Origin: Eubacterium sp.
GTDB taxonomy: Bacteria; Bacillota; Clostridia; Lachnospirales; Lachnospiraceae
NCBI GenBank assembly: GCA_024681495.1
Contig: JAILAS010000147.1
Coordinates: 1-39,558 of the forward strand
Length of the DNA stretch: 39,558 bases
Direction of reading: 5' to 3'
Shown here piece after piece: positions 8,765-17,653 of this stretch (the stretch's first letter is position 1; every line of letters begins with the position of its first letter). The position numbers and the translations under genes are program-made. The notes beneath the pieces are model-generated. The model was not told the origin of the DNA. It ran no database searches and saw only the letters and a program-made list of their open reading frames with translations.

Positions 8765-9643
8765 CTATTCTATGTTCTGAACCTGTTCCCTGACCTTCTC
8801 GACGTCGGTCTTAAGCTCGATAGCGACGTCCGCAATGTCCGCATCGGAAGACTTGGACAATATCGTGTTGGACTCCCTGTTCATCTCCTGAGCGATGAAA
8901 TCGAGCTTTCGTCCGCAGCTGCCTCCGGACTGAAGGGTCTTCTTCATGGCGTCAATGTGAGTGCGAAGCCTCACCGTCTCCTCATCCACGCAGATCTTAT
9001 CCGAATAGATGACCACCTCGGAAGCAATCCTTCCCTCGTCCACGGTATCCGAATCGATTACCTCCTTCACCTTTTCGTAGAGGCGCTGGCGGTATGCCGC
9101 CACGACGTCCGGATATCTGACCTCAATCCTATCGACATAGGATAACATATCATCAAGCTTTCCGCAAAGGTCATTTTTAAGGGATTCTCCCTCAACCGCT
9201 CTTGTCTTGCAAAACGCGTCGAGAGCCTCGTCGAGAGCGCGGTTCAGGAGTGCCTCTATGGCCTCGTCGTCACCTTCGCCGGCGCTGACCTCGAAAACCC
9301 CGTTCAGCCTGGCCAGATCCGAAGCCTTTATGTCGTTCTCGACACCGAGCTCCTCTTCCATCTCCCTGAAGTAACCGAGATAGGCGCGCGCTACGTTCTT
9401 ATCGAATACTACGCTGGTCGTTCCCTCGCTGTGGTCCTCAACGGTAACGAAAAGATCGACCTTTCCCCTGGAAATCCTGTTCTTAACCCTGTTTCTGATA
9501 TCGTTCTCGAAGGAATTCATCCTGCGGGGAAGCTTTATCCCAAGCTCCAGATACCTGTGATTTACGCTCTTCATCTCTACGGTGATTCGCCTGAACTCAT
9601 CCGCGGCCTCACCGTGGCCGAAACCGGTCATTGAACTAATCAT
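8765..9643 (-). CDS. yicC: YicC/YloC-family endoribonuclease
   Basis: MISSMTGFGHGE N-terminus and C-terminal DUF1732-like EMNRESNTILSK motif. The start was set to the ATG at 9643; the track start at 9667 is a TTG. Confidence 0.85.
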   Translation of the reverse strand: MISSMTGFGHGEAADEFRRITVEMKSVNHRYLELGIKLPRRMNSFENDIRNRVKNRISRGKVDLFVTVEDHSEGTTSVVFDKNVARAYLGYFREMEEELGVENDIKASDLARLNGVFEVSAGEGDDEAIEALLNRALDEALDAFCKTRAVEGESLKNDLCGKLDDMLSYVDRIEVRYPDVVAAYRQRLYEKVKEVIDSDTVDEGRIASEVVIYSDKICVDEETVRLRTHIDAMKKTLQSGGSCGRKLDFIAQEMNRESNTILSKSSDADIADVAIELKTDVEKVREQVQNIE

Positions 9644-9811
9644 GTCAACCAGCCTTTCACAAACCAACCTAAATTAAAATTGCAGCGAAGCTGGCCCCGA
9701 AGCCGGCCTCGTCGCCCCTGTTTAAACGCCGGAGTCTGCCACCCTGCATTTAAACTTAATAATTATCTCAAATTACCCCTGAAATTACAAGAGGAATTAC
9801 GAGCATTTACA

Positions 9812-9840
9812 TTGAAATAAACAAGGAAAACGAGTATACT
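9812..9840 (+). promoter_or_regulatory. sigma-70-type promoter for rqcH
   Basis: TTGAAA-N17-TATACT, about 70 nt upstream of the rqcH ATG. Confidence 0.45.
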
Positions 9841-9912
9841 GTCAAAACAGCGTCCCAAACTGCGAAAACACGTCCGGACGCATCTACTTAAAGACATCGA
9901 AAGGGAAAAACA

Positions 9913-11661
9913 ATGGCATTTGACGGTACAGTTATCGCAAACCTTACCAGAGATATAGCGGAAGCCTCGGCTGAAGCCAGGATATCGAAGATTGCACAGC
10001 CCGAGAACGACACAGTGCTTTTGCAGATAAAGAAGACGGGATTGAACACAAGGCTTCTTATCAGCGCCAATCCCTCGTATCCCATGGCGTACTTCACGGA
10101 CAACAACAGGCCCTCCCCCGCGACGGCGCCTAACTTCTGCATGCTTCTACGCAAGCACATCGCCAACGGACGAATCCTCTCCGTGACGCAGCCCGGCATG
10201 GACAGGATAATACGCTTCGAGATCGAGCACTTCGACGACATGGGCGACACGCGCAAAAAGCACCTCTACGCCGAGTTCATGGGCAAGCACTCCAACATCA
10301 TATTCTGCGACGAAAACGACATGATTCTCGACTCGATAAAGCACATATCGTCCAACGTCTCCTCGCTCAGGGAGGTTTTGCCGGGCAGGCAGTACTTCAT
10401 CCCGGAGAGCATAGAAAAAAGGGATCCGCTGGCCCTTACGGAGGCCGACGAAGCGGAGTTTGCCGGATTGCTGGCCAAGGCGCCGAAGGCGGTTAACAAG
10501 GCGCTCTACCAGACGTACAACGGCATATCGCCCGTGGTGGCTTCCGAAATCTGTTACAGGGCACGCATCGACGCAGACCGCCCCGCCAACGTGCTCGGGC
10601 CGGATGAACTCTCACGACTCTTCGACGCATTCTACGGAATGGTGGTTGACATAAAGTCGGGGAACTTCTCGCCCTGCATCATCTACGACGGACAAAAGCC
10701 GCTGGAGTTCTCCTCCATCGAGCTCACCATGTACGCCGACAAGGAGACCGTGAAGTTCGACAGTATTTCGGAGGTCCTCGAGAAGTTCTACTACTCCAAG
10801 GAGATGTACGAGCGCATAAGGCAGAAGTCCACTGACCTTCGCAAGCTGGTATCGACCTGTCTCGACCGCGCGGTAAGGAAGTTCGACCTCCAGAAAAAGC
10901 AGCTGAAGGACACTGAGAAGCGCGATAAATACAGGCTCTACGGAGAGCTTTTGAGCGCGTACGGATACAGCATTGCACCGGGAGAAAAGAAGGCGCGCCT
11001 CGTCGACTACAACACCGGCAAAGAGATCGACGTCCCGATGGACGAGACCCTCACACCGCAGGAGAATTCGCAGAAGTACTTCGCCAGATACCAGAAGCTA
11101 AAGAGGACTTATGAGGCCCTGAGCGTGCTTCTCAAGGAGACCGAGGAGGAAATCGCCCACCTCAGGTCCATCGAGGAGTCTATCATGTTCTCGTCCGACG
11201 AGTCCGACCTTTCGCTTATCAGGACGGAGCTCTTCGAGGCCGGCTACATAAAGAAGCGCTCCGGCAAAAGCTCCGGAAAGATGAAGAAGAGCAAGCCACT
11301 TCACTTCATCTCGTCCGACGGATTCGACATATACGTAGGCAAGAACAACTACCAGAACGACCAGCTTACGTTCAAAGTGGCCAACGGCGGGGACTGGTGG
11401 TTCCACGCCAAGAACATGCCCGGCTCCCACGTCATCGTCAAGACGAACGGCGCTGAGATGACGGACAAGGCTTACGAGGAGGCCGGAAGCGCGGCGGCTT
11501 ATTTTTCGGCCGGCAAGGAATCCCCGAAGGTCGAAATCGACTACACCATGAGGCGCGAGGTCAAAAAGCCCAACGGCGCCAAGCCCGGATACGTCATCTA
11601 CCACACGAACTACTCTCTGACGGCGGTTCCGGATATATCGGCATTAAAAGCGGCGGACTGA
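9913..11661 (+). CDS. rqcH: ribosome quality-control protein RqcH (NFACT / FbpA family)
   Basis: NFACT-N N-terminus (MAFDGTVI...), a coiled-coil middle region, and an NFACT-R region WWFHAKNMPGSHVIVK. Confidence 0.85.
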   Translation: MAFDGTVIANLTRDIAEASAEARISKIAQPENDTVLLQIKKTGLNTRLLISANPSYPMAYFTDNNRPSPATAPNFCMLLRKHIANGRILSVTQPGMDRIIRFEIEHFDDMGDTRKKHLYAEFMGKHSNIIFCDENDMILDSIKHISSNVSSLREVLPGRQYFIPESIEKRDPLALTEADEAEFAGLLAKAPKAVNKALYQTYNGISPVVASEICYRARIDADRPANVLGPDELSRLFDAFYGMVVDIKSGNFSPCIIYDGQKPLEFSSIELTMYADKETVKFDSISEVLEKFYYSKEMYERIRQKSTDLRKLVSTCLDRAVRKFDLQKKQLKDTEKRDKYRLYGELLSAYGYSIAPGEKKARLVDYNTGKEIDVPMDETLTPQENSQKYFARYQKLKRTYEALSVLLKETEEEIAHLRSIEESIMFSSDESDLSLIRTELFEAGYIKKRSGKSSGKMKKSKPLHFISSDGFDIYVGKNNYQNDQLTFKVANGGDWWFHAKNMPGSHVIVKTNGAEMTDKAYEEAGSAAAYFSAGKESPKVEIDYTMRREVKKPNGAKPGYVIYHTNYSLTAVPDISALKAAD

Positions 11662-13710
11662 TTACAGGCCCGCCGTTTCTCTTCTTTCGTTCATGTAGTT
11701 TAACACCCGTTCTCTAAGGGCCGGATGCCCGGTAAGCTCCGGGTCCTCGTTCAATATCAGATCCGCGTCGTTCGAAGCGCCCTTCAAAAGCTGCTCATCT
11801 CTGTAAATGTCTCCGATTTCGAAGAGCTTCTCTCCGCTCTGCCTGACTCCGAAGTACTCTCCCGGCCCCCTCATCTTAAGATCCTCGGCAGCAATGTGGA
11901 AGCCGTCGTTGGAGTTCTTTATTACCTCCAGCCGCTTAACGGACCTGTCCGAATCCGATCCGTTCACCAGGATGCAATACGACTGATCGGCGCCTCTTCC
12001 CACGCGGCCCCTGAGCTGATGAAGCTGCGAGAGGCCGAACCGCTCGGCATTCTCAATCATGATGAAGGTCGCCTCCGGCACGTCCACGCCTACCTCAATA
12101 ACCGTGGTCGAGACCAGAACGTCCGTGTCGCCGCTTCTGAACTCCTCCATGACCTCGTCCTTCTTCTCGGGCTTCATCCGGCCGTCGAGCGAATCTATCT
12201 TTATGTCGTCCGGCAGAATGTTCCTCAGGTAATCCGTATACGTCTCAACGTCCTTTACCGACGGGTCCATACCCTCTGAAACAAGCGGACACACGCAGTA
12301 CGCCTTCTTACCCTTTCTCACCTGCTGGCACATGAGCTGAAGAGCCGTCATCTTCTCGTCCTCGCCGATAATGCAGCTCTTTATGGGAATCCTCCTGGCC
12401 GGAACGTCCTTCATAAGCGACACCGCCAGGTCCCCGTAGAGGATAAGCGAAAGCGTCCTGGGAATGGGCGTGGCGCTCATGACCAGGATGTGCGGAGTTA
12501 TTCCCTTGTCCCAGAGGGCATCCCTCTGGCGCACGCCGAACCTGTGCTGCTCGTCGGTGATTACCAGCCCGAGATTAGAGAAATCGACGCCTTCCTGGAT
12601 CAGCGCATGCGTGCCGACCGCGAGGACCGGCTCGCCGGAGGATATCTTATACCTGACCTCGCGCTTTTCCGCTGCCTTCATGGAACCCGTGAGGAGCACG
12701 GCCTCGAACGGGAGGTTGTTTTCGACTATAATCTCCTTCAGCTTGGCGTAGTGCTGCCCGGCCAAAACCTCGGTGGGCGCCATCATTGCACTCTGATACC
12801 CGTTCTGCGCCAGGATTATCATGGCGACGAACGCAACGATGGTCTTTCCGGAGCCGACGTCTCCCTGGACCAGGCGCTGCATGATGTGAGGAGAGGTGAT
12901 ATCGGCCTTTATGTCCTCGATCGTCTGCTTCTGCGCGCCCGTGAGCTCGTACGGAAGGGACTCAATCACCCTTTCGGCCATATCGAAGCCCGTTATCTTC
13001 ATGCTATTGGGGATCTGCTTATTGGCGCTGTTCTGGTACCTCATAGCCACCAGAAACACCAGGAACTCCTCGTACGCAAAGCGCTCGCGGGCCTTCTCCA
13101 GGTCATCGGCGCAGGGTGGAAAATGCATGTTCCTGTACGCCTCGTCTATAGGCGTAAAGCCATACTTGTCGATCATCTCATGCGGCAGGAGCTCTTCGGG
13201 AAACAATGACTCGGCCAGGACATTTCTGACAGCCCTCTCAACCATGTAGTTCTTAAGGCCCTCGGTGAGCGGATAGACCGGATGCATATTTTGCTGCAAG
13301 TTGACATAATCCTCGCAGGAAAAAATGCGTGGCTGCTCCATAGCAAAGGATTCGCCCTTCGAGGATATGACGCCGTAAAAGACATAGGTCATGCCCTTCT
13401 TCAGTGTCTTGGTAAGATACGGCATGCGAAACCAGAGCAGATCGATCCTGCTGAATCCGTCCGAAGCCTCGGACAAGGTTACAGGGATGCGTCCTCGTTT
13501 CAGAACAGGTTGCTTAGTCACCGTCGCCTTTATAGCGCAGGGCTTTCCGACCTCGAACAGGCCGTCTTTGACCGGTTCGGGGTATGTAACATATCCCCGC
13601 GGAAAAGAACAGAGTATATCCATTACAGAATATACTCCGGTCTTATTAAGCAATTTTGAAGTTTTGTCCCCAACGCCCTTAACGGCGCTGACGGGTGATG
13701 AAAGCTCCAT
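11662..13710 (-). CDS. recG: ATP-dependent DNA helicase RecG
   Basis: Walker A GDVGSGKT, DEQHRFG motif, N-terminal wedge/OB region, HQLRGRVGRG motif VI. Confidence 0.95.
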   Translation of the reverse strand: MELSSPVSAVKGVGDKTSKLLNKTGVYSVMDILCSFPRGYVTYPEPVKDGLFEVGKPCAIKATVTKQPVLKRGRIPVTLSEASDGFSRIDLLWFRMPYLTKTLKKGMTYVFYGVISSKGESFAMEQPRIFSCEDYVNLQQNMHPVYPLTEGLKNYMVERAVRNVLAESLFPEELLPHEMIDKYGFTPIDEAYRNMHFPPCADDLEKARERFAYEEFLVFLVAMRYQNSANKQIPNSMKITGFDMAERVIESLPYELTGAQKQTIEDIKADITSPHIMQRLVQGDVGSGKTIVAFVAMIILAQNGYQSAMMAPTEVLAGQHYAKLKEIIVENNLPFEAVLLTGSMKAAEKREVRYKISSGEPVLAVGTHALIQEGVDFSNLGLVITDEQHRFGVRQRDALWDKGITPHILVMSATPIPRTLSLILYGDLAVSLMKDVPARRIPIKSCIIGEDEKMTALQLMCQQVRKGKKAYCVCPLVSEGMDPSVKDVETYTDYLRNILPDDIKIDSLDGRMKPEKKDEVMEEFRSGDTDVLVSTTVIEVGVDVPEATFIMIENAERFGLSQLHQLRGRVGRGADQSYCILVNGSDSDRSVKRLEVIKNSNDGFHIAAEDLKMRGPGEYFGVRQSGEKLFEIGDIYRDEQLLKGASNDADLILNEDPELTGHPALRERVLNYMNERRETAGL

Positions 13711-13713
13711 GTC

Positions 13714-15387
13714 CTACTCCACTGAAATAAAATAGCTGTATACGGGCTGGCCGCCGCTGTAAAGCTCTACGTCGCAGTCGGGCCCCTTCTCTTCAGCAAT
13801 CTCGAGAATCTCCTGAGCAGCCTCCTCGGTCACATCCTCGCCGTAGTAGATGGAGATAATCTCCGAATCCTCGTCGAGGAGCTTATCGAACGCTACGGAA
13901 ACCGCGGTCTTAATGTCGCCCTCGGCGGCCAGAAGCCCGTTGTCTCCAATGGCCATGAAGTCGTTCTCCTTGATCTCTACACCCTCGATGGTGGTATCCC
14001 TGACGGCGTAGGTGACCTCTGCGGTCTTTATGAACTGGCGTCCCTCGTTCATGTGCTCGAGGTTCTCCTCGGCGCTCATGTCAGGCACGAAGTTAACCAG
14101 GGCGGTAATACCCTGAGGCACGTTCGTGGTAGGAACAACTATTATCTTCTTGTCCTCAATGAGGTCAGCTGCCTGATTGGCGGCAAGGATGATGTTCTTA
14201 TTATTCGGAAGCACGAAGACGGTCTTAGCGTTTACGCTCTCGGCTGCCCTGGTGATGTCATCGGTGGAGGGGTTCATGGTCTGTCCTCCGGAAATCACAT
14301 AGTCTGCTCCGAGGTCCTCGAAGATGGTCTTCAGTCCGTCTCCTGCGCATACGGTGACGAATCCAAAATCCTTGGGGGGCTCGTCCTTCTTCGCATCCTC
14401 CTCTTCCTTCTGCTGCGCAGCGAGCTTAAGAGAGTCCTTAAACAGGCGCTCCTGGTGCTCCTCACGCATGTTATCAATCTTAATCTTACTGAGAGATCCG
14501 AATCCGAGCGCCTTCTGGATGGCGTCACCGGGATCGTTCGTGTGAACGTGGATCTTAACAATCTCGTCATCGGGCACGAAGACGATGGAGTCTCCGATTC
14601 CGTTAAGGAACTTCTTAAAATCGGTTATCTCATCGTCCGTGAGGGGACGGTTGAGAACAATGATGAACTCGGTGCAATAGCCGAACTTAATCTCCTCCTC
14701 GGTCTGCGCCGAGATTTTTACGGGACGGGGAGATGCGGGAGCCGTAACGGTGGCCGCATAATCTATCTCCTTGCCGAGAACGACGTCGTAGCATCCGCTG
14801 AGGAACTCGAGCAGTCCCTGTCCGCCGGAGTCTACTACGCCCGCCTCCTTAAGCACCGAAAGGAGCTCGGGAGTCTTCTGGAGCGTCTCGTCAGCGGTCT
14901 TAATGACCTCCTCGCCGAAGACTACGAAGTCATCGGTCTTATCGGCCATCTCCCTGGCCTTCTCGCTGACTTCCCTGGCAACCGTAAGGATGGTACCTTC
15001 CTTAGGCTTCATAACCGCCTTATAGGCGGTTTCAACAGCCTTACCGAACGCATCGGCAACGAGAGGCACGTCGAGTGTGTCCGCGTCCGCAATGGTCCTG
15101 GAAAAGCCCCTTAAAAGCTGTGACAAAATAACACCCGAGTTACCTCGGGCTCCCCTGAGCGATCCTGTGGAAATCGCCTTCGAAAGGCTCTTAAGATCGG
15201 GGTCTTCTATGGCATTCACCTCCGAAGCTGCGGAGAGAATGGTCATCGTCATATTGGTGCCGGTGTCTCCGTCGGGTACAGGAAAGACGTTGAGATCGTT
15301 GATATATTCCTTACGGGACTCAAGCCTGCCCGCGCCCGCCAAAAACATCTTGGCCAGCATCTTAGCATCAATTCTTTCGAGATTCAC
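13714..15387 (-). CDS. DAK2 domain-containing protein (YloV-like)
   Basis: VPDGDTGTNM Dak2 motif, a DegV-like C-terminal half, and asp23-yloV-recG synteny. The start was set to the GTG at 15387, 7 nt after GGAGGA. The track start at 15393 is a TTG only 1 nt from the SD. Confidence 0.85.
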   Translation of the reverse strand: MNLERIDAKMLAKMFLAGAGRLESRKEYINDLNVFPVPDGDTGTNMTMTILSAASEVNAIEDPDLKSLSKAISTGSLRGARGNSGVILSQLLRGFSRTIADADTLDVPLVADAFGKAVETAYKAVMKPKEGTILTVAREVSEKAREMADKTDDFVVFGEEVIKTADETLQKTPELLSVLKEAGVVDSGGQGLLEFLSGCYDVVLGKEIDYAATVTAPASPRPVKISAQTEEEIKFGYCTEFIIVLNRPLTDDEITDFKKFLNGIGDSIVFVPDDEIVKIHVHTNDPGDAIQKALGFGSLSKIKIDNMREEHQERLFKDSLKLAAQQKEEEDAKKDEPPKDFGFVTVCAGDGLKTIFEDLGADYVISGGQTMNPSTDDITRAAESVNAKTVFVLPNNKNIILAANQAADLIEDKKIIVVPTTNVPQGITALVNFVPDMSAEENLEHMNEGRQFIKTAEVTYAVRDTTIEGVEIKENDFMAIGDNGLLAAEGDIKTAVSVAFDKLLDEDSEIISIYYGEDVTEEAAQEILEIAEEKGPDCDVELYSGGQPVYSYFISVE

Positions 15388-15399
15388 TTTCAAGTCCTC

Positions 15400-15756
15400 C
15401 TAGTCTATCTCTCTTACGCCCTCAATGAAGATATTTATACGGGCGAGCTTAAGACCGGTAAACTCCTCTACCTGGTACTTAACTGTTTCTATAAGGTTAT
15501 CCGTAACGGCCTTGATGTTTACGCCATAAGCAATGATAAGATGGAAATCCAGATAGATCTCGGAATCCTTCATAACGGTCTTTATACCCTTGGTTATCTT
15601 CTCCTTCTTAAGAAGATGAACAATGCCGTCCGTAACGGACGTGGCACCAAAACCTACAATACCAAAGCACTCAACGGCGACAGAACCTGCGTACGTGGAA
15701 ATAACGTCCGTACTTACAGATACCTTACCGAGTTTATTGTCCAATTGTCCTTTCAT
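15400..15756 (-). CDS. Asp23/Gls24-family envelope stress protein
   Basis: GKVSVSTDVISTYAGSVAVECFGIVG is the typical Asp23 N-terminus. The start was set to the ATG at 15756, after GGAGG. Confidence 0.85.
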   Translation of the reverse strand: MKGQLDNKLGKVSVSTDVISTYAGSVAVECFGIVGFGATSVTDGIVHLLKKEKITKGIKTVMKDSEIYLDFHLIIAYGVNIKAVTDNLIETVKYQVEEFTGLKLARINIFIEGVREID

Positions 15757-15894
15757 AATTGCCTCCTTATCTGGGAAACACGTCTTAAACGTTCGTTCTA
15801 TTATAACTTCTTTTGACCAAAAAAGAAACATCTAACTTATAAATGCGAAAAACCCCCTATTTACAAGGTTTCCATAATGCAATGCAAATAATTG

Positions 15895-15923
15895 TTGCAT
15901 TTTCCGAATTTCTTTGATAAAAT
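15895..15923 (+). promoter_or_regulatory. sigma-70-type promoter for rpmB
   Basis: TTGCAT-N17-TAAAAT, about 75 nt upstream of the rpmB ATG. Confidence 0.45.
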
Positions 15924-15997
15924 ACATGCATTGTGAGCATTTATGAATTAATGACTTCATGTCTTGCTTTAATACCTTAAGTAAGGAGGTGCTAGAA

Positions 15998-16183
15998 ATG
16001 GCCAAATGTGATATTTGCGGAAAAGGCGCGCATTTCGGAATCAAGGTGAGCCACTCTCACAGACGTTCCAATAAGATGTGGCGTTCCAACATCAAGACGG
16101 TTCACGGTGTAGTTAACGGAACCCCCAAGAAGATGCACGTTTGCACTTCCTGCCTTCGCTCCGGCAAAGTAGAAAGAGCATAA
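15998..16183 (+). CDS. rpmB: 50S ribosomal protein L28
   Basis: MAKCDICGKGAHFGIKVSHSHRRSNKMWRSNI... is a canonical L28 sequence. AAGGAGG lies 8 nt upstream. Confidence 0.95.
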   Translation: MAKCDICGKGAHFGIKVSHSHRRSNKMWRSNIKTVHGVVNGTPKKMHVCTSCLRSGKVERA

Positions 16184-16198
16184 GAAACGCATATTTAA

Positions 16199-16229
16199 GG
16201 CCGACGCATTTGCGTCGGCCTTTTCTTTT
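16199..16229 (+). terminator. rho-independent terminator after rpmB, shared with convergent ytfJ
   Basis: GGCCGACGC-ATTT-GCGTCGGCC followed by TTTTCTTTT. The ytfJ stop (16228-16230) sits in the T-tract, so the hairpin can also serve the minus strand, which has a weaker U-tract there. Confidence 0.75.
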
Positions 16230-16656
16230 ACTCTTCTACCACTTCCACGGACTCGTTAATCATCTCGGAGAGCTTTTCCTTAGCCTCTTCCTTTTCGGGT
16301 CCCTCGGGATATTTATCGCCCTTCACGCTGAAGGCGATCTTATCCACGATATCGGGAACGAAGTCGAGAACCTTCGTGATTCCGTCCTGATTCTTGATGT
16401 TTACGAGCTTAATCTTATCTCCGTTTATGACGAGCACGCAGCTGGGCGTAAGCTTGGCGCCCATTCCGCCGCCACCATTGTTTTTCTGCGGCTGTGAGAA
16501 CGCGCCTGCCGCCACTCCGAACGAAACGTCCACGAGCGGAAGGATGATGGTCTCTCCGATGTGAATGGGATCACCCACCACGGTCTTGGAGTTTATGAAG
16601 CCCTCCATCCCGTTCAAAAGCGTCTCTACCGATGTTTTAAAACTATTGTCTGCCAT
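16228..16656 (-). CDS. ytfJ: GerW/YtfJ-family sporulation protein
   Basis: GDPIHIGETIILPLVDVSFGVAAGA motif and a glycine-rich loop, typical of the spore_ytfJ family. Confidence 0.85.
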   Translation of the reverse strand: MADNSFKTSVETLLNGMEGFINSKTVVGDPIHIGETIILPLVDVSFGVAAGAFSQPQKNNGGGGMGAKLTPSCVLVINGDKIKLVNIKNQDGITKVLDFVPDIVDKIAFSVKGDKYPEGPEKEEAKEKLSEMINESVEVVEE

Positions 16657-16679
16657 AAAACTTACCCTCCCGGTGTTTA

Positions 16680-17648
16680 TTAGTTACCTCTTATCTGTCC
16701 TATAAAGGCCTTGGTCTTCTTATCGAAAAACAGTCTCAGTGCGAAAACGAGCAGGAAAAACAACATAAAACGTGCCCTGACCCTGATCCACCCCCTGACG
16801 TAAGGTGAATCCTCAATAAAGTCGGGAGCGATGGAAAGTTTCCTCCCGTATGCAAATGGAAACAGGCTGATAACGCCGGTAAGCATGCCCGTAATGTCGG
16901 GCGCACCCGCGCTGTAGCTAAGATCCCCCTGCGCGTCTTTAATCTTAAAGTGCTTAAGCATCTTCCCGAGGCACTTCTTAAAATGAGAAAAAACCTCAGC
17001 AAACTCACTACTGAAAACAGATTTTATCTTATCAAAAATTCCGGACGAAGAGCCCTTTTTGCGGGGCCTCTTCCCCTTCTTATCCCTCTTGTTTTTCTTA
17101 TCCTTTTTCGAGGCTGCGGCCTCCCCCTCAGTCACGTCTTCTGCGAAGAAATCGTCCTTAGCGCTTTCTGCGGCCGGAGAATCAGTCTCCTCGCGGGCGG
17201 AGACGGCGTCTCCATCAGTGTCCGGAGCAGTCGGCTCCTCGTCACGGAGCTCGCCCTCAAAGGCGCCCGCTTCTCCACCGGACAGCTCCTCCGCGCGAGA
17301 ATCGAAACCACCCTCGCGAGCCGGCGCATCTCCCTCGGAATCCTCTCCTTTGGACGAATCACTCTTAATGATATTAATGAAGAATACTCTGAGCCTGTAG
17401 GAAAAACTCTCTCCGTCATAATCGCCGAAAAAGCAGACGAGAGGCCCGAGCCAGCTCACCCTGCCACCGGCGGCCATACCCTCATCATCGTTCTTAAAGT
17501 CAGCCTTAAAGCCAACGGGCCAAAAAAGGACCAGCAAAAGCAATACAAGAACCAGCCCCAGGATAACAAGCAAAACTATCCCGATGATTTTGAGTATAAA
17601 CAAGATTGACATATAGCTAATTATATATTCTAAGAACCCAAGTTGCAA
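16680..17648 (-). CDS. DUF2953/YtfI-like membrane protein with a long acidic low-complexity insert
   Basis: N-terminal TM helix and position directly upstream of ytfJ, as with B. subtilis ytfI-ytfJ. The start is ambiguous: a TTG at 17648 or an ATG at 17612. Confidence 0.55.
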   Translation of the reverse strand: MQLGFLEYIISYMSILFILKIIGIVLLVILGLVLVLLLLVLFWPVGFKADFKNDDEGMAAGGRVSWLGPLVCFFGDYDGESFSYRLRVFFINIIKSDSSKGEDSEGDAPAREGGFDSRAEELSGGEAGAFEGELRDEEPTAPDTDGDAVSAREETDSPAAESAKDDFFAEDVTEGEAAASKKDKKNKRDKKGKRPRKKGSSSGIFDKIKSVFSSEFAEVFSHFKKCLGKMLKHFKIKDAQGDLSYSAGAPDITGMLTGVISLFPFAYGRKLSIAPDFIEDSPYVRGWIRVRARFMLFFLLVFALRLFFDKKTKAFIGQIRGN

Positions 17649-17653
17649 CTGCC

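Noticed and set aside
9682-9748. A GC-rich ~65-nt island (GCAGCGAAGCTGGCCCCGAAGCCGGCCTCGTCGCCCCTG…CCACCCTGC) in the otherwise AT-rich divergent yicC/rqcH intergenic region. It has two GTTTAAA copies nearby. I considered it as a small RNA or riboswitch.
   Set aside because: Only short, imperfect helices could be drawn by hand (3-5 bp with bulges). There is no terminator and no match to any motif I know. It is worth an Infernal scan, but I cannot support a feature.
17060-17400. A cluster of overlapping ORFs in several frames (17059-17400 +, 17132-17419 -, 16950-17609 +) across a low-complexity stretch.
   Set aside because: They overlap the acidic Asp/Glu/Gly/Ala-rich insert of the YtfI-like protein. 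Compositional bias keeps several frames open. There is no independent start signal.
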